Of a DNA stretch of 64,000 nt, positions 1 to 10,112 are shown one piece after another; positions within the stretch are counted from its first letter, which is position 1; each line of letters starts with the position of its first letter. The notes below the pieces were generated by a model that did no database searches, was not told the origin of the DNA, and saw nothing but the letters and a program-made list of their open reading frames with translations. Source of the DNA: Amoebophrya sp. A120 (Eukaryota > Protista > Dinoflagellata); NCBI GenBank assembly GCA_905178155.1, contig CAJINV010000002.1:565493-629492 (forward strand), read 5' to 3'. Made by a program: the position numbers and the translations under genes.

Positions 1-948
1 CGGGTCGATGTCGTTCTCCAGCAGATAGGCATTGGCGCCCTCCTCCAGCGCCGTCCCGGCGTCGTGCTCCTCGCAGTGACTCGAGACTGTTACTAGGTGG
101 GCCCCCGGCGTTTGGCGAAAAATATCTTTCTCCTCCAGCACTGCCATGCCGGTGGCCTTGTGCGTCAAAACCATGTCCGGCCCTCGATCAGAGCTCGTGT
201 TGATTACTAGAAGCGGAGGTAGTTGCTTTTGTTGTGCTGTCGCTACGACACTTTTCAGATCACGCATGACAATGTCTGCGTTTTTCTGGGACGGAATTCT
301 TGTATCGGTGAGAAGTTGCTCGAGGCCGGTCCCGCCTGCTGCTGCTTCTGCGATTTTTGTTACCTTTTTGCTCGGCAGGAGGATCGTCGACGTCGGCACA
401 ACTACTTCATGAAGATTCTCGCCCGCGTACCACTTCACTGCCATGTGCGTCACCATCCACTTCGCCGCTTGGTCGACGAGAGTCTGCCGCCCGCCGCCAA
501 GTATGTCCATCGACAATTTCGTTCCGCATGGGGTCGCGTCGCTCATGTGGGTCAGCAGAACACTTCGCGTTCCCGGGTCGGCAATTATCTGTGCCGCGAG
601 GGTTTCCCCGGCTTCTTTTGCAAGAAGTGATGCTTTATCAAAATGAGCATCTTCTCGCGGACCTCCAGTCAGAAACGGGTCTAGCGTTCTCGCCAATGTT
701 GCGCTGACCCCAGCCAGGTCCACTTGCTCTGGAGACGGTGAACGCTCGCGAGGACCTCCTGAATCGGTGGCAGGAGGAGGAGAACTGGGCTGCCCGTCAC
801 CGTCGTCGCCATCTACTACTAGTACGTCTTCCCCAGCGTGAAGCCCCCCGTCGTCCATCCACAATGCCCCGGATTCAATCGCGGCCAAGGCAGTGTCGGA
901 AACATTTGCGGCCGGTACCTCCGGCTCTGCGGCCCCAACGTCGGCACG
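1..948 (-). CDS. Partial gene of unknown function (ORF3 of the element); ~316-codon open exon running off the window, with probable upstream exons to ~1770
   Basis: Manual translation is stop-free from 948 to 1 (RADVGAAEPEVP...AAKWMVTHMAVKWYAGENLHEV...NAYLLENDIDP). Preceded by a TA-ended intron (949-1112). Upstream ORFs 1090-1395 and 1389-1619 are in different frames. Confidence 0.6.
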
Positions 949-2679
949 TATGCGTTACAAAAAATAGCCAGCAGAGATGCCTCCTCGAACAATCCTTTTC
1001 GTATTTTCATGACCAACATTTTGCACCTCCTTTGCGCTCGATCTGAAAGCACAATTCGCGGAGGGGAACATGCGCCCTTAAGGTGTTTGTCATGCGAATT
1101 TTGAAAAGGATAGGACAGGAGCAGTCATCACTGCCGGAACATTTGACACAAACATAAATTCCTCGCGAGGTTGGCAATCGTGGTTGCCGCTGGTTTCATT
1201 TGCGATGCTGCTGCTGCCCCAAAGATCGTCAACGGCTGCGAGCCCATCGAACGCGAAGTAGTCCCCTTGTGCCTCAGCAAGGTAGGCGTCCACTCCACGT
1301 AAAGCCATTCGGGGCGGAACGGGCGAACTGGTTACCTCTGAGAGCGATGTGTGGCGGCACGGCCTCAGATTGTCGTCGTCCGAAATTTTCAACACCAGGC
1401 CGGAGCAGCCGACTGCTTACACTGGTCACGCGGGGCCAGGAGGTCTAGTAGTGCCGACCGTTTTATTCGTTCTTGCAGGATGTGCGTTCGAAGAGAAACT
1501 TGGGACACAGTTATCTCTTCCATCACTTCACCGTCGGCGCCATCGTTGGGTGTTGGTTTGCCTTCGTCAACGAAATCGAGCGTGCGACAGCGCACTGGCG
1601 GTAAGTTCAAATTTTCCACAGAAGCGAAAAAAAACTGCTCTATGGATTTCGTCGTCTATGAAGAGTTGCTGCGCCGTGCCACGTTGTGGCCTCACTAGAC
1701 CGGAAAAGAACGAAGGACCGACCTCGTAGAGTCTCCTTCTCGTCGTTCTTGAGATGTTTGTCGTTATGCCTGTAAAGTCAGTTTATTGAGAAACGGCACA
1801 AGAAAGTGGAAGTGCCTACTTTCGTTTTTGAGGCTACTTTTGCACTTTGCTTGATCGAACGCTACTCATACTCAGCTCAATGGATCCTGAAAATTTTTGG
1901 TCGGTGTGACGACTTGCGCAATAATATGTCTTGCAGCTTGTTTTGCGTGTTACGCTCAAGGCAGCATGATCGAAGCGAGCTACTACATCAGAGTGGCACA
2001 TCTCGACATAAGGCAATCTGGATCGACATCTTCACGACGAGACACGACAGAGAGGGGCAACAGCGTGCTCCTCCTGCGCTCCACACTTACACTCAGCTCG
2101 AGCAACGATTTGACGTGTTTGCAATGCGCTCAATGAATAAGAACTAAGATGAACGAATGTAGCGACATCGTTCACAGACAATCCGAGATAGGATGCGATG
2201 GGAGGTGGCAATGTAAGAAGGAAAAAGGACACTATGTACGACAGGAAGACAAAAAGCGGAGGCAATCAATGCGCAAGCAAAGCCCACTACTGGCAGAAAC
2301 GAAAGGATGTCCGTAAAGGCCGAAAAACGAAATAAGCACAAAACAGCATAGGAGTCGGGAGCAGAGGCGGGTGTGAAGCAGGGACGCAATAAAGCCGCCG
2401 GGAAACAAAGAGCTGGAAAGCGAAATAAAGCGGCGGACTACAACATAGTGACTAAGAAAAGGCGGCGCGACTCATGGAGATAAACTCTACGACAGACGGA
2501 CGGAAAACCGAAAAAATGGAAGCTACTAGTCCGGACATCAAGGGGAGGAAGGAGTCGCACTTTCTTGAGATACAAGCTGCAAGCCGAGCACTTCGCCACA
2601 CCAAAAAGTGTAAATTTCGGAATTTTTGAAATTCGTTTGAAATGCTTAATTATTGCATTTAGCGCCGCGTGCTTCTGCG

Positions 2680-5600
2680 TTAATTGTTCTTGTGCATGAC
2701 AAACGCGATGTACCGGGCTGGGTGGCGACCACCTGCTTCGTTGCGGTCCTTGCGGTCCACCTTAGCCTCACCGTCGTCGTTCTTCTGCCGCTTGTTGCCA
2801 TCGAGCTCCTCCTCGATCTCATCAATGGACTTGTACGCGAAGCCCTTCTTTTTCCGCAACCGCTCCTCCGCCAAGTGGTACCACATGACCCAGTTGTGCT
2901 CCGAGAGGCAGACATCCTTGAACAACTGCGCCTGCTCATCGTACGACAACTTTTCGAACTCGCGCATGGTGAAACGGGACGTCTCGTACGACATGTGGTT
3001 GACCCACCACAACTTCTCATCCGGCATCAGCGACTCATATGCGAGCGCGGTGATATCCAAAGCGGAGTACAACGTGGCGTCCTTCAAATCGAACTGCACC
3101 TCACCGGTCTCGTCGCATATGAAAAAGCAAAACTTGCTCCGTCATTATTGCATTTGCGTTTCTACTACAGCTCGTTTTTAAATTGTCATGCGTTTTTAAA
3201 TTTTTAGAACCACAAATGCAATGATGACGAAGCACGTTTTGCAAGGGTATCGCAGGCGTTCAAGTCAATCGCGGAGGTGTAGAAGTCGCAGTCGGTCAAG
3301 AGCATGGCGTGGAAGTGGCAGTCTTTCCACATCGGCGGGTACCGGAAAGTAGACGCCGGAATCAGGACCTTCTCGATCGTGTGCTTTTGGTCGGCCTCCG
3401 TCGGTAACAGCGTGTTCAACTCTTTGGCCACCTCGGTGTCGGATTTCGGCATGGGGGCAACTGCGGCCAAATCGGTGTAGGAAACGACGCCGTTGTCGTA
3501 GTGGCAGATCTGGACCGGGCAGTTGCTGATGCAGTGATGCACCACGACCGGAATACCCTGATCCAGCCGCTGCTTGACCTTCATCATGTTGTTAACCCGG
3601 GCGGACAGGGCGCGGCGCATGGCCCAACTGGTCGGTCCGAAGTTCAAGCAAGCCAGCAGCTCCGCACCCCGCATACCGACGTTATCGGCCATCTTCGCCG
3701 GTCCTTGGTTGCGGAACTTAGTGGGCAAGGACATGCACAGCTCCGTATCGTAGATTTCCGGCGCGCGGAGCATGGAGGTCATCTTCTTCACGCCGGCTCG
3801 CAAAGTACCAGTACAGTGGTTCTCCACGCGCACAGCAAGGTCCAGGCGGGCGGACTGCACGTCGTCCTCGGTGATCATGTTCAGCGACTCTTCGGCGTCC
3901 GCGGGGAACACGGCGTACTCGATAGCGGAGGCCTTGAACGTGGGCACTCGCCCGTCGCGATCACCCTTCAAAAAGCGCTCTCTCTGCATGGAGAAAAACG
4001 AACCCGCGCAGTTGATCCGCTTGTCGTTCTGCACGTGACGTTCCGCATGCGGCTGTTCTTGTTGCATCTCGCACAACGGAGTGTTGGCTAACTTCTGAGC
4101 CACGTATTGTTTCACCGAGTCGATTTTGCCTTGGTTGAGGAGGATGGCCTGCGACCGCGAGAATTTGCCGGGTTCGTAGCTCAGCTGATCGAACGCACAA
4201 TCCAGCATCCCCTCCCACAAACCGAGCTCAGTCGGAAACTCCTCTTTTTGGGAGACGCAGAGGGTTTCGAAGAACCCATACTGCGGATCAGCCAACTCAA
4301 ACAAGTAGCGGCTAATGGTTTGAAACAGCTGCTTCTGACCCTCCAAAATTCCGACTTTGCCGTGCCGGCCAGAAGCCTGCTGGATGCAGTGCAGCGCGCG
4401 CTTCGCGATGGCGTACTTAGCCTGGGCCTGCTTGATTTGGATGAGCTCGCAGGTCGGAGCAGGACTGCCCGTTGTGAAGGGGTGCAACAACACGTCCGTC
4501 ATGCGCTCAGCAACGTCCTGCGGCAGCGGTTCACCAGGCCCGATTTTGACCAAGTTCATCAACATCTTGCACTTGGAGTGGCCGAATTCGGACATCTCGA
4601 TCACGCAGGTGGTCATGCCCGGCTTCAGCTCGGTCTGTATCAAGCGCTGCAACTCCCGCGGATCCGAGCCGAAATACGCGTCATCCTCCTCGTCGGACTC
4701 GAGGCCGTCATCGTCAGCGTCGGGATGGAGAGCGGCCTGCGCATTGGCGTTCACGACCAAGGGGCGCACTTCGTACAAGTACATCAAGAGCCGCCACTTC
4801 CACTGATCCAAGAGCAAGGCCGTGTACAAGTCGCCGCACCAGCGCGTGTCGACGCCGCCTTGGATGGGCAGACCTTTTTTTGATGAAGAAATCAATAGAT
4901 TTTAGGTGGTGGAAGGAGAAAAATTTGCATTTTTTGATGCCGCGACTCAGCAGAGGTTTCTAAGTGAAAACTTAGACCTCTCAATTTACCTCTATCTGAA
5001 CGCCAATTACTCAGTGTGATTAAGAGGTTTACTCCGAGGTTCATTGGGAGGTCTCTAGAGAGGTCCCCAAATGCCTTCCGCCGATGGTATGATGAAAAAC
5101 AAAGCATACCATCGTGAATCAATCAAAAATAACAACTTATACGTTCTTTCAGCATGTCGATCATGGTCAAGTTGTGGGTTGAGCGCCCGGCTTTGGCCTC
5201 CTGCATGCAGTACTCCATGAACGCCTTCTGCAAAAACGGGTTGTCCGGCATGTTTTCCAACGCGTTCAGCATCTTCTCCAGCAAGCGGACACGGGCGTCA
5301 AAAAGGTCACCCATGTTGGTGCGCTTCCCAAAGGGGCCTCTCATCAGCGCTTTAATAGCGCGCCGGATCTTCTCGATCCCCGTGTACTTGGACTTCGCCG
5401 TGTTACTGTCCCTGTGACAGGGGCCTGGGGTGAACGTGATGCACACCAGCTCGCACAACTGCTGCCAAGCAGCCATTTCCCACGATGCCTGATCGGTCAT
5501 GAGGTTGACAACAAGGTTGTCTCCCTCTTCCCAATCGGCGCCATCGTCGTCCTGCGCGACCCACTCAGCGAAACCTTCCGCACCCATGATGGCACACAAG

Positions 5601-6648
5601 TACTCGAGCGCTTTCTCGGCGGATTGGCGCGAGGCCTTCTTGTCTTTCGAGTCCTGCGTGGACATGGTCATCTTCTTGTCAGCCGCATTGATCTGCACGG
5701 GCCACGTGGTCATCTCGAGCGCTTCGCCACCCAAGAAAAGCGGATAATCTTCTTGATTGAAGGTCTGTTTTAAATTTTAGCTTTTGATATTTAGACTTCG
5801 ATAAATACATGACTTCATTAAAATTTGTCATGCTGTGATCAAAACAAAAGTAAAAAGTACGTTCACGAGGGTGGTGCTCCGTTTCCGGCGCTTAGTGTCA
5901 TCATGGGCCAAGGTGAAGAACGCATTGCGCCGGCGCTGCTCGGACGCCATGCCGGTAATGCGGAGCCAGCGGTCATCAAAAAGTCCACGCGAGCGAGACA
6001 TCATAGCCATGCAGCGACGCAGGATCCAGGCCTGTGCTCAGAAGTTGATGATCATATGAGATGACATACATCGCCACGCTCGCATCACAAATGAAATTCT
6101 AAAACTAACAACAGAGCTTCGTGGTACCAGTTGATGGCTTTCGGGCGCCAGGTTGACACGCTTCTTGCCGCTATCGACGACGGCGTCGATCTTGGCGGCC
6201 ACCGCGGTGATCAACGTGTCGACCTCGTTGCCCACCCAGACGTCCGGAAACTTGACCATGCCCATACCATTCTGGTCGAAAATCTTGCGCCAGTGCACGC
6301 GGTTCTCATTCTCGACGATGTCCCACGCAATGAAGGTTACCTGCGTTTTTAAAAGTATGAATATGAAAATTGGTGTGCTTCGAGCGCATGACGACAAGAA
6401 TAAAACGACTATCTGCATGACAAAAAAATCAATACCGCCTTCTGGACAGTGCGCGTCGCCGTGATGCGACCACAGTCGGAGATGCCGAGCTCGGCCAACG
6501 CATTGCGACACACTGCCACGCTGCGCTGGAAGTTCGTCGGCTGAGTGGTGTGCTGACGGAGATTGACACATCCTTCATTATCGGAGCGAGTAAGTGGATT
6601 GATAAAACGTTTTTGCGTGCCAGCGTTCATCGCTAGCTGCCACGACAT
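2680..6648 (-). CDS. hAT-like DDE transposase, ~1090 aa, 6 exons (6648-6436, 6340-6128, 6031-5861, 5764-5143, 4873-3250, 3112-2680)
   Basis: Four GT-AG introns plus one introner join the ORFs in frame. Motifs appear in hAT order: FFTLAHDDT (D1), NLMTDQAS (D2), TPGPCH (CxxH position), VDTRW (RW), AVRVENH (candidate E). A further terminal intron at ~2577-2713 is possible. Confidence 0.8.
3118..3249. mobile_element. Introner inside the transposase gene
   Basis: ~38-bp imperfect inverted repeat (GCAAAACTTGCTCCGTCATTATTGCATTTG... / ...CAAATGCAATGATGACGAAGCACGTTTTGC) and TSD TCGCA. Removing element plus 5 nt gives NACD|ETGEVQFDLK in frame. Confidence 0.9.
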
Positions 6649-6665
6649 TTTCACTCTTCCTACGG
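6648..6665 (-). promoter_or_regulatory. Leader motif CCGTAGGAAGAGTGAAAA directly upstream of the transposase ATG
   Basis: Near-identical to the motif at 9217-9235 upstream of ORF2. Confidence 0.6.
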
Positions 6666-7398
6666 GTTTTGACTGTGAGGGAACTGTTGCGTTTTTTTGT
6701 AGACAAACAAGTTAATTGACGAAAAGACTACACTACTTCCAACACACAAACAGGCACGCGTGGTTGCAGCGAACAAAATACCGATGGACTTCGCAGTACT
6801 AGGCGCAGGCACTTACTCTTAGTTTTTTCCTTTAAATTCAACATGAATCTTCTTCCGAGGAATTACACCAGACGGCTTCGAAGATTATTTCGTGTTTTTG
6901 CAGCTATGGCTTGATGTAACAAGCATTATCCCTCCTTCACTAACCGTAATTCCGCTTTATAGTCAACCGAATACTTGCTGCTTCAAATTAGATGCCTATT
7001 TTCAGCGCGGCTACGCTCAAATCATCATCAGACATTGCTCGTGAATTAGTATAGTACTAAAAAGCAATAGTCTGTAAAGAAAGTAGGAGAAGAAACGCTC
7101 CTAAAACCGAATGACTCTGCTGTGCAAATTTTTCGCAAACCCCTGTATTTCAATAGCTGGGATAAGGCTATCATCGATGTTGCTGCGATGCGGCTGTATC
7201 CTTTCATAAATTTTTTCAGAAGCGAAAGTATACTAGTGCTTTGTCCTCAATTATAGTTGTTCTTGCAGCTACAAATAATAGAACGATAAGGAGGAAGCAG
7301 TAGAAACAGCTTAAAACTCAATAAACTGGACCTAATACAACACTACAACTCAAATAGAGTAGTCGATTTTGATTTTCCAATTCGCGACGAAGCGCTAC

Positions 7399-9178
7399 TT
7401 ACAACTGCTTCGCCTTCTTCGCGGCTTTTCCTTTCGCCGGGGCGGCTTCGCGCTTCATCGGCTTCTTGTCCTCCACCTCCTCCTCCTTCTCCTCCTTCTT
7501 AGCGGCCTTCTTCTTAGGGGCGGCTTTCATAGACTTCGTAGTGGCCTCCACACCATCGTCCATGAGGGGCTGCGGGTCGGCCTTCTGGTCCTTCTTAGCA
7601 CCCTTCTTGCCGGTGCCCTTCTTTTTCTTATCATCCTTTTCTTCCTTCTTCGCGTCGGAGTCCTTCTTTTTGTCATCGGACTCATCGGGGGAGTTGTCCT
7701 TCATCTCCGCGTCACCGTCGGTCTTGGGGGACAAGTTCGCCACCACAGACATGACGTCCTGCATGTCGTTCTCGGTCAAGTTCGCGTAGTCCACCTTGCC
7801 AGCAGTCGCCTTCATCTTGGCGATGATTTCCGCGGTCATGTACCCCTCCGGGACAGCGGATCCGGGGACCGGAGTGGCCAGGTTGGGGACGGCCTTGGCG
7901 GCGCCCTTAGAAGCGAAGAAGTCGTCCTGATATTTATGTTTTATATTGAGGCTCGAACAAGAAGACACGAACGAAAATACGACGCCAAATAAGTTGACTT
8001 ATCATTATAAAAAACCACGTAACTCAACTTGACTTGTAAAAATTTAAAAATCAGGCACCGATTCGCTCAGCTTCAAGGAGCCGACGTTCTTCTTCACGGT
8101 GCCCTTCTCGGCCTTGGGGACAAAACCGACCTTCTCCTCCTTCGCACCGATGCGGGTCTTGGCGTGGGGGTTGTTGGTGAAGGCGTTCAGCTGGTGCTTC
8201 TGTATATGATTTTAGTTGGTTACTTCTATGCTCTTCTACTACGCCACAAGTATGGAACATGTACATGAAACACGCATGACAATTTTAAAATTCAAACTTG
8301 TTCTACCTGGAAGTCGAACTTCAGCTCCGGCACGGCATCCTTGTCCTCATCTTCGGTCGCGGAAGCGGAGGCAGACTCCATGTCAGAACCGTCGTACGCG
8401 ATGCGCTTCGGTAACGACTTGTGAAACAACAACTTCTTCAGCACGTCCAAGTTACCCAAGGTGTCCAGCAGTTTGTCACCCATCGCGCGCGCATCCAGGT
8501 CGGGCGAAGCCGCATCCACGGTGGGGGCGAACGCGGTGATCTTCAGCTTCCACTCAGCGGCAGACATCTTTTCGGACAGCTCTTCGGCCGCAGCCTTCAG
8601 GGTGGGAGCGTTCTTCTTTTCCGGTGCCTGTTATTGATTTTAGGTGGTCGCTCAAAAAGAAGTCACGTTTGCATCTCAGCGTGACAAACTAGCATAATGA
8701 TGTGGTTCAAAACTTCTATAAAAAAGCAAACGCGACTATACCGCTTTCTTCACTCCCTTCCAGACCTGGTTCCAGAACTCGATCACGGCGGCCTGGTCCG
8801 GAAACTTGTGCCGGATGCTACGGGTGGCGGTGTTGCTGACGCAACCCAACAACTGCGCGGTGTTGTTGCAGCCAAGGTCGACGTAAACTGATTAGTTGTT
8901 TCAAGTGGAATTCGAAAATTTAGAAATCAGCATGAACATGTCATTTTCAATGGTGATATGCATGAAAAAAAAATTATCTTACAGACGGTCTCGCGGGGAA
9001 ACGGGCAGTCGGGCATGGCGCTGATGTAAGTCCACCCAGCCTCTTGGGCCTGCACCACCAACAAGATGGCCGACAGGCTGCTCACACCGTACTCCAGCTG
9101 GCTTGCGGAGAGACGCATCCCAGCAGCCAGACAATCCTGCAACTTTTGCAGGGCCACACTCTTGGCATTTTTGGACAT
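7399..9178 (-). CDS. Transposon accessory protein (ORF2), 443 aa, with a K/A/E-rich low-complexity basic C-terminal tail; exons 9178-8983, 8887-8742, 8627-8307, 8199-8059, 7926-7399
   Basis: Four GT-AG introns (95, 114, 107, 132 bp) join all exons in frame. Exons are GC3-rich. The tail includes AAPKKKAAKKEEK...AKGKAAKKAKQL. Confidence 0.85.
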
Positions 9179-9216
9179 TGCGAAGAACGTCGTTGTTGTT
9201 GTTTTTATCGCTCGTT

Positions 9217-9235
9217 TTTTCACTCTTCCCTACGG
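9217..9235 (-). promoter_or_regulatory. Leader motif CCGTAGGGAAGAGTGAAAA ~40 nt upstream of the ORF2 ATG
   Basis: Differs from the 6648-6665 motif by a single extra G. Confidence 0.6.
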
Positions 9236-10083
9236 TTGGAAATTAGAAAGCAGAATTGGCATGATCATGAAGATGGCATCATCAAATCCGTTATATGATA
9301 CGCAAAAAAAAACCTTTTTCTTATAAGCGGGTTCGCGATTGACATGAAGATGGACGCGTGGTAAGTCAGCACAAGACTAACGACACACAAAAGGGGGGGG
9401 ATCTTGAATGCGTGTTGTAATGTGGGGCAGTACAGGTCTTATTAGGTGTGAATCCTAAAGAGCTTAGTACTTTGGCCAGAATTGAACGTCATGCACTACC
9501 ATCCTGCTGTGGTGCAATTGAACAAACAAAAAAAACACAGACCCAGCCTATTCAACTCATGGCGCCCGTCGTTCTCAACTCGGTATTGCGCCGCTATTCT
9601 CTTCTTTTTCATCTCATTTGCATACATAAAAAAAGCTTTTTCTCGGTGGCCAGTGCTTCTGTATTCTGATGCTTCTGGTTTCGACTTAGGGTTTAGGCCT
9701 TCTGGATGACCACTCTTCACATCTATCTTTCAACCAAACAACAGGACACTCCACAGTCAGAGTAACAGCCTGCTACGTGACGGGGCACCAGGAGCGCGAA
9801 GTCAACCGGCACCTGGACAAGCTGCAAAAAACCCGCTTTTAGAAGGCTTATTCCGCCCTCTAATTTCACCTTAATCCATGACCAAACTAGTTACCTTATC
9901 TAGCTAGCTCAAATTGGAACGTTCATTTTGACTTGCATACTCTTCTCCAACTGCTACCACCACGGGAGACGGCACCTGTACGCGCGCACGCGACGCGCGA
10001 AACAACACCTAAACAGCACCTGATACTGCAATGTTTTTAATTTGAAATGGGGATTTTTGAATCGCGTTGACAATAATCACTCA

Positions 10084-10095
10084 GACGCTGCCATA
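10084..10095 (-). repeat. Right terminal inverted repeat of the large transposon (TATGGCAGCGTC on minus strand)
   Basis: 12/12 identical to 62161-62172, with weaker similarity continuing for ~15 bp (AGTGATTATTGTCA vs ACTGAAATCGTCA). Confidence 0.8.
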
Positions 10096-10112
10096 CATTT
10101 TTACATTTGATA

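Larger units (their letters stand above)
1..10095 (-). mobile_element. Large multi-gene DNA transposon (left end outside window); candidate autonomous partner of the TAT...ATA introners
   Basis: Ends ...GACGCTGCCATA at 10095, directly followed by the cut-off tail of a family-B introner (CATTTTTACATTTGATA, 10096-10112), which is uninterrupted in the paralogous copy at 22170-22311. The terminus matches the TIR of the introner at 62161. Contains a DDE transposase gene. Confidence 0.85.

Noticed and set aside
3501-4883. Long plus-strand ORFs antisense to the transposase (also 2653-3207 and 7369-7992)
   Set aside because: They are shadow ORFs produced by the GC3-rich codon usage of the minus-strand genes.
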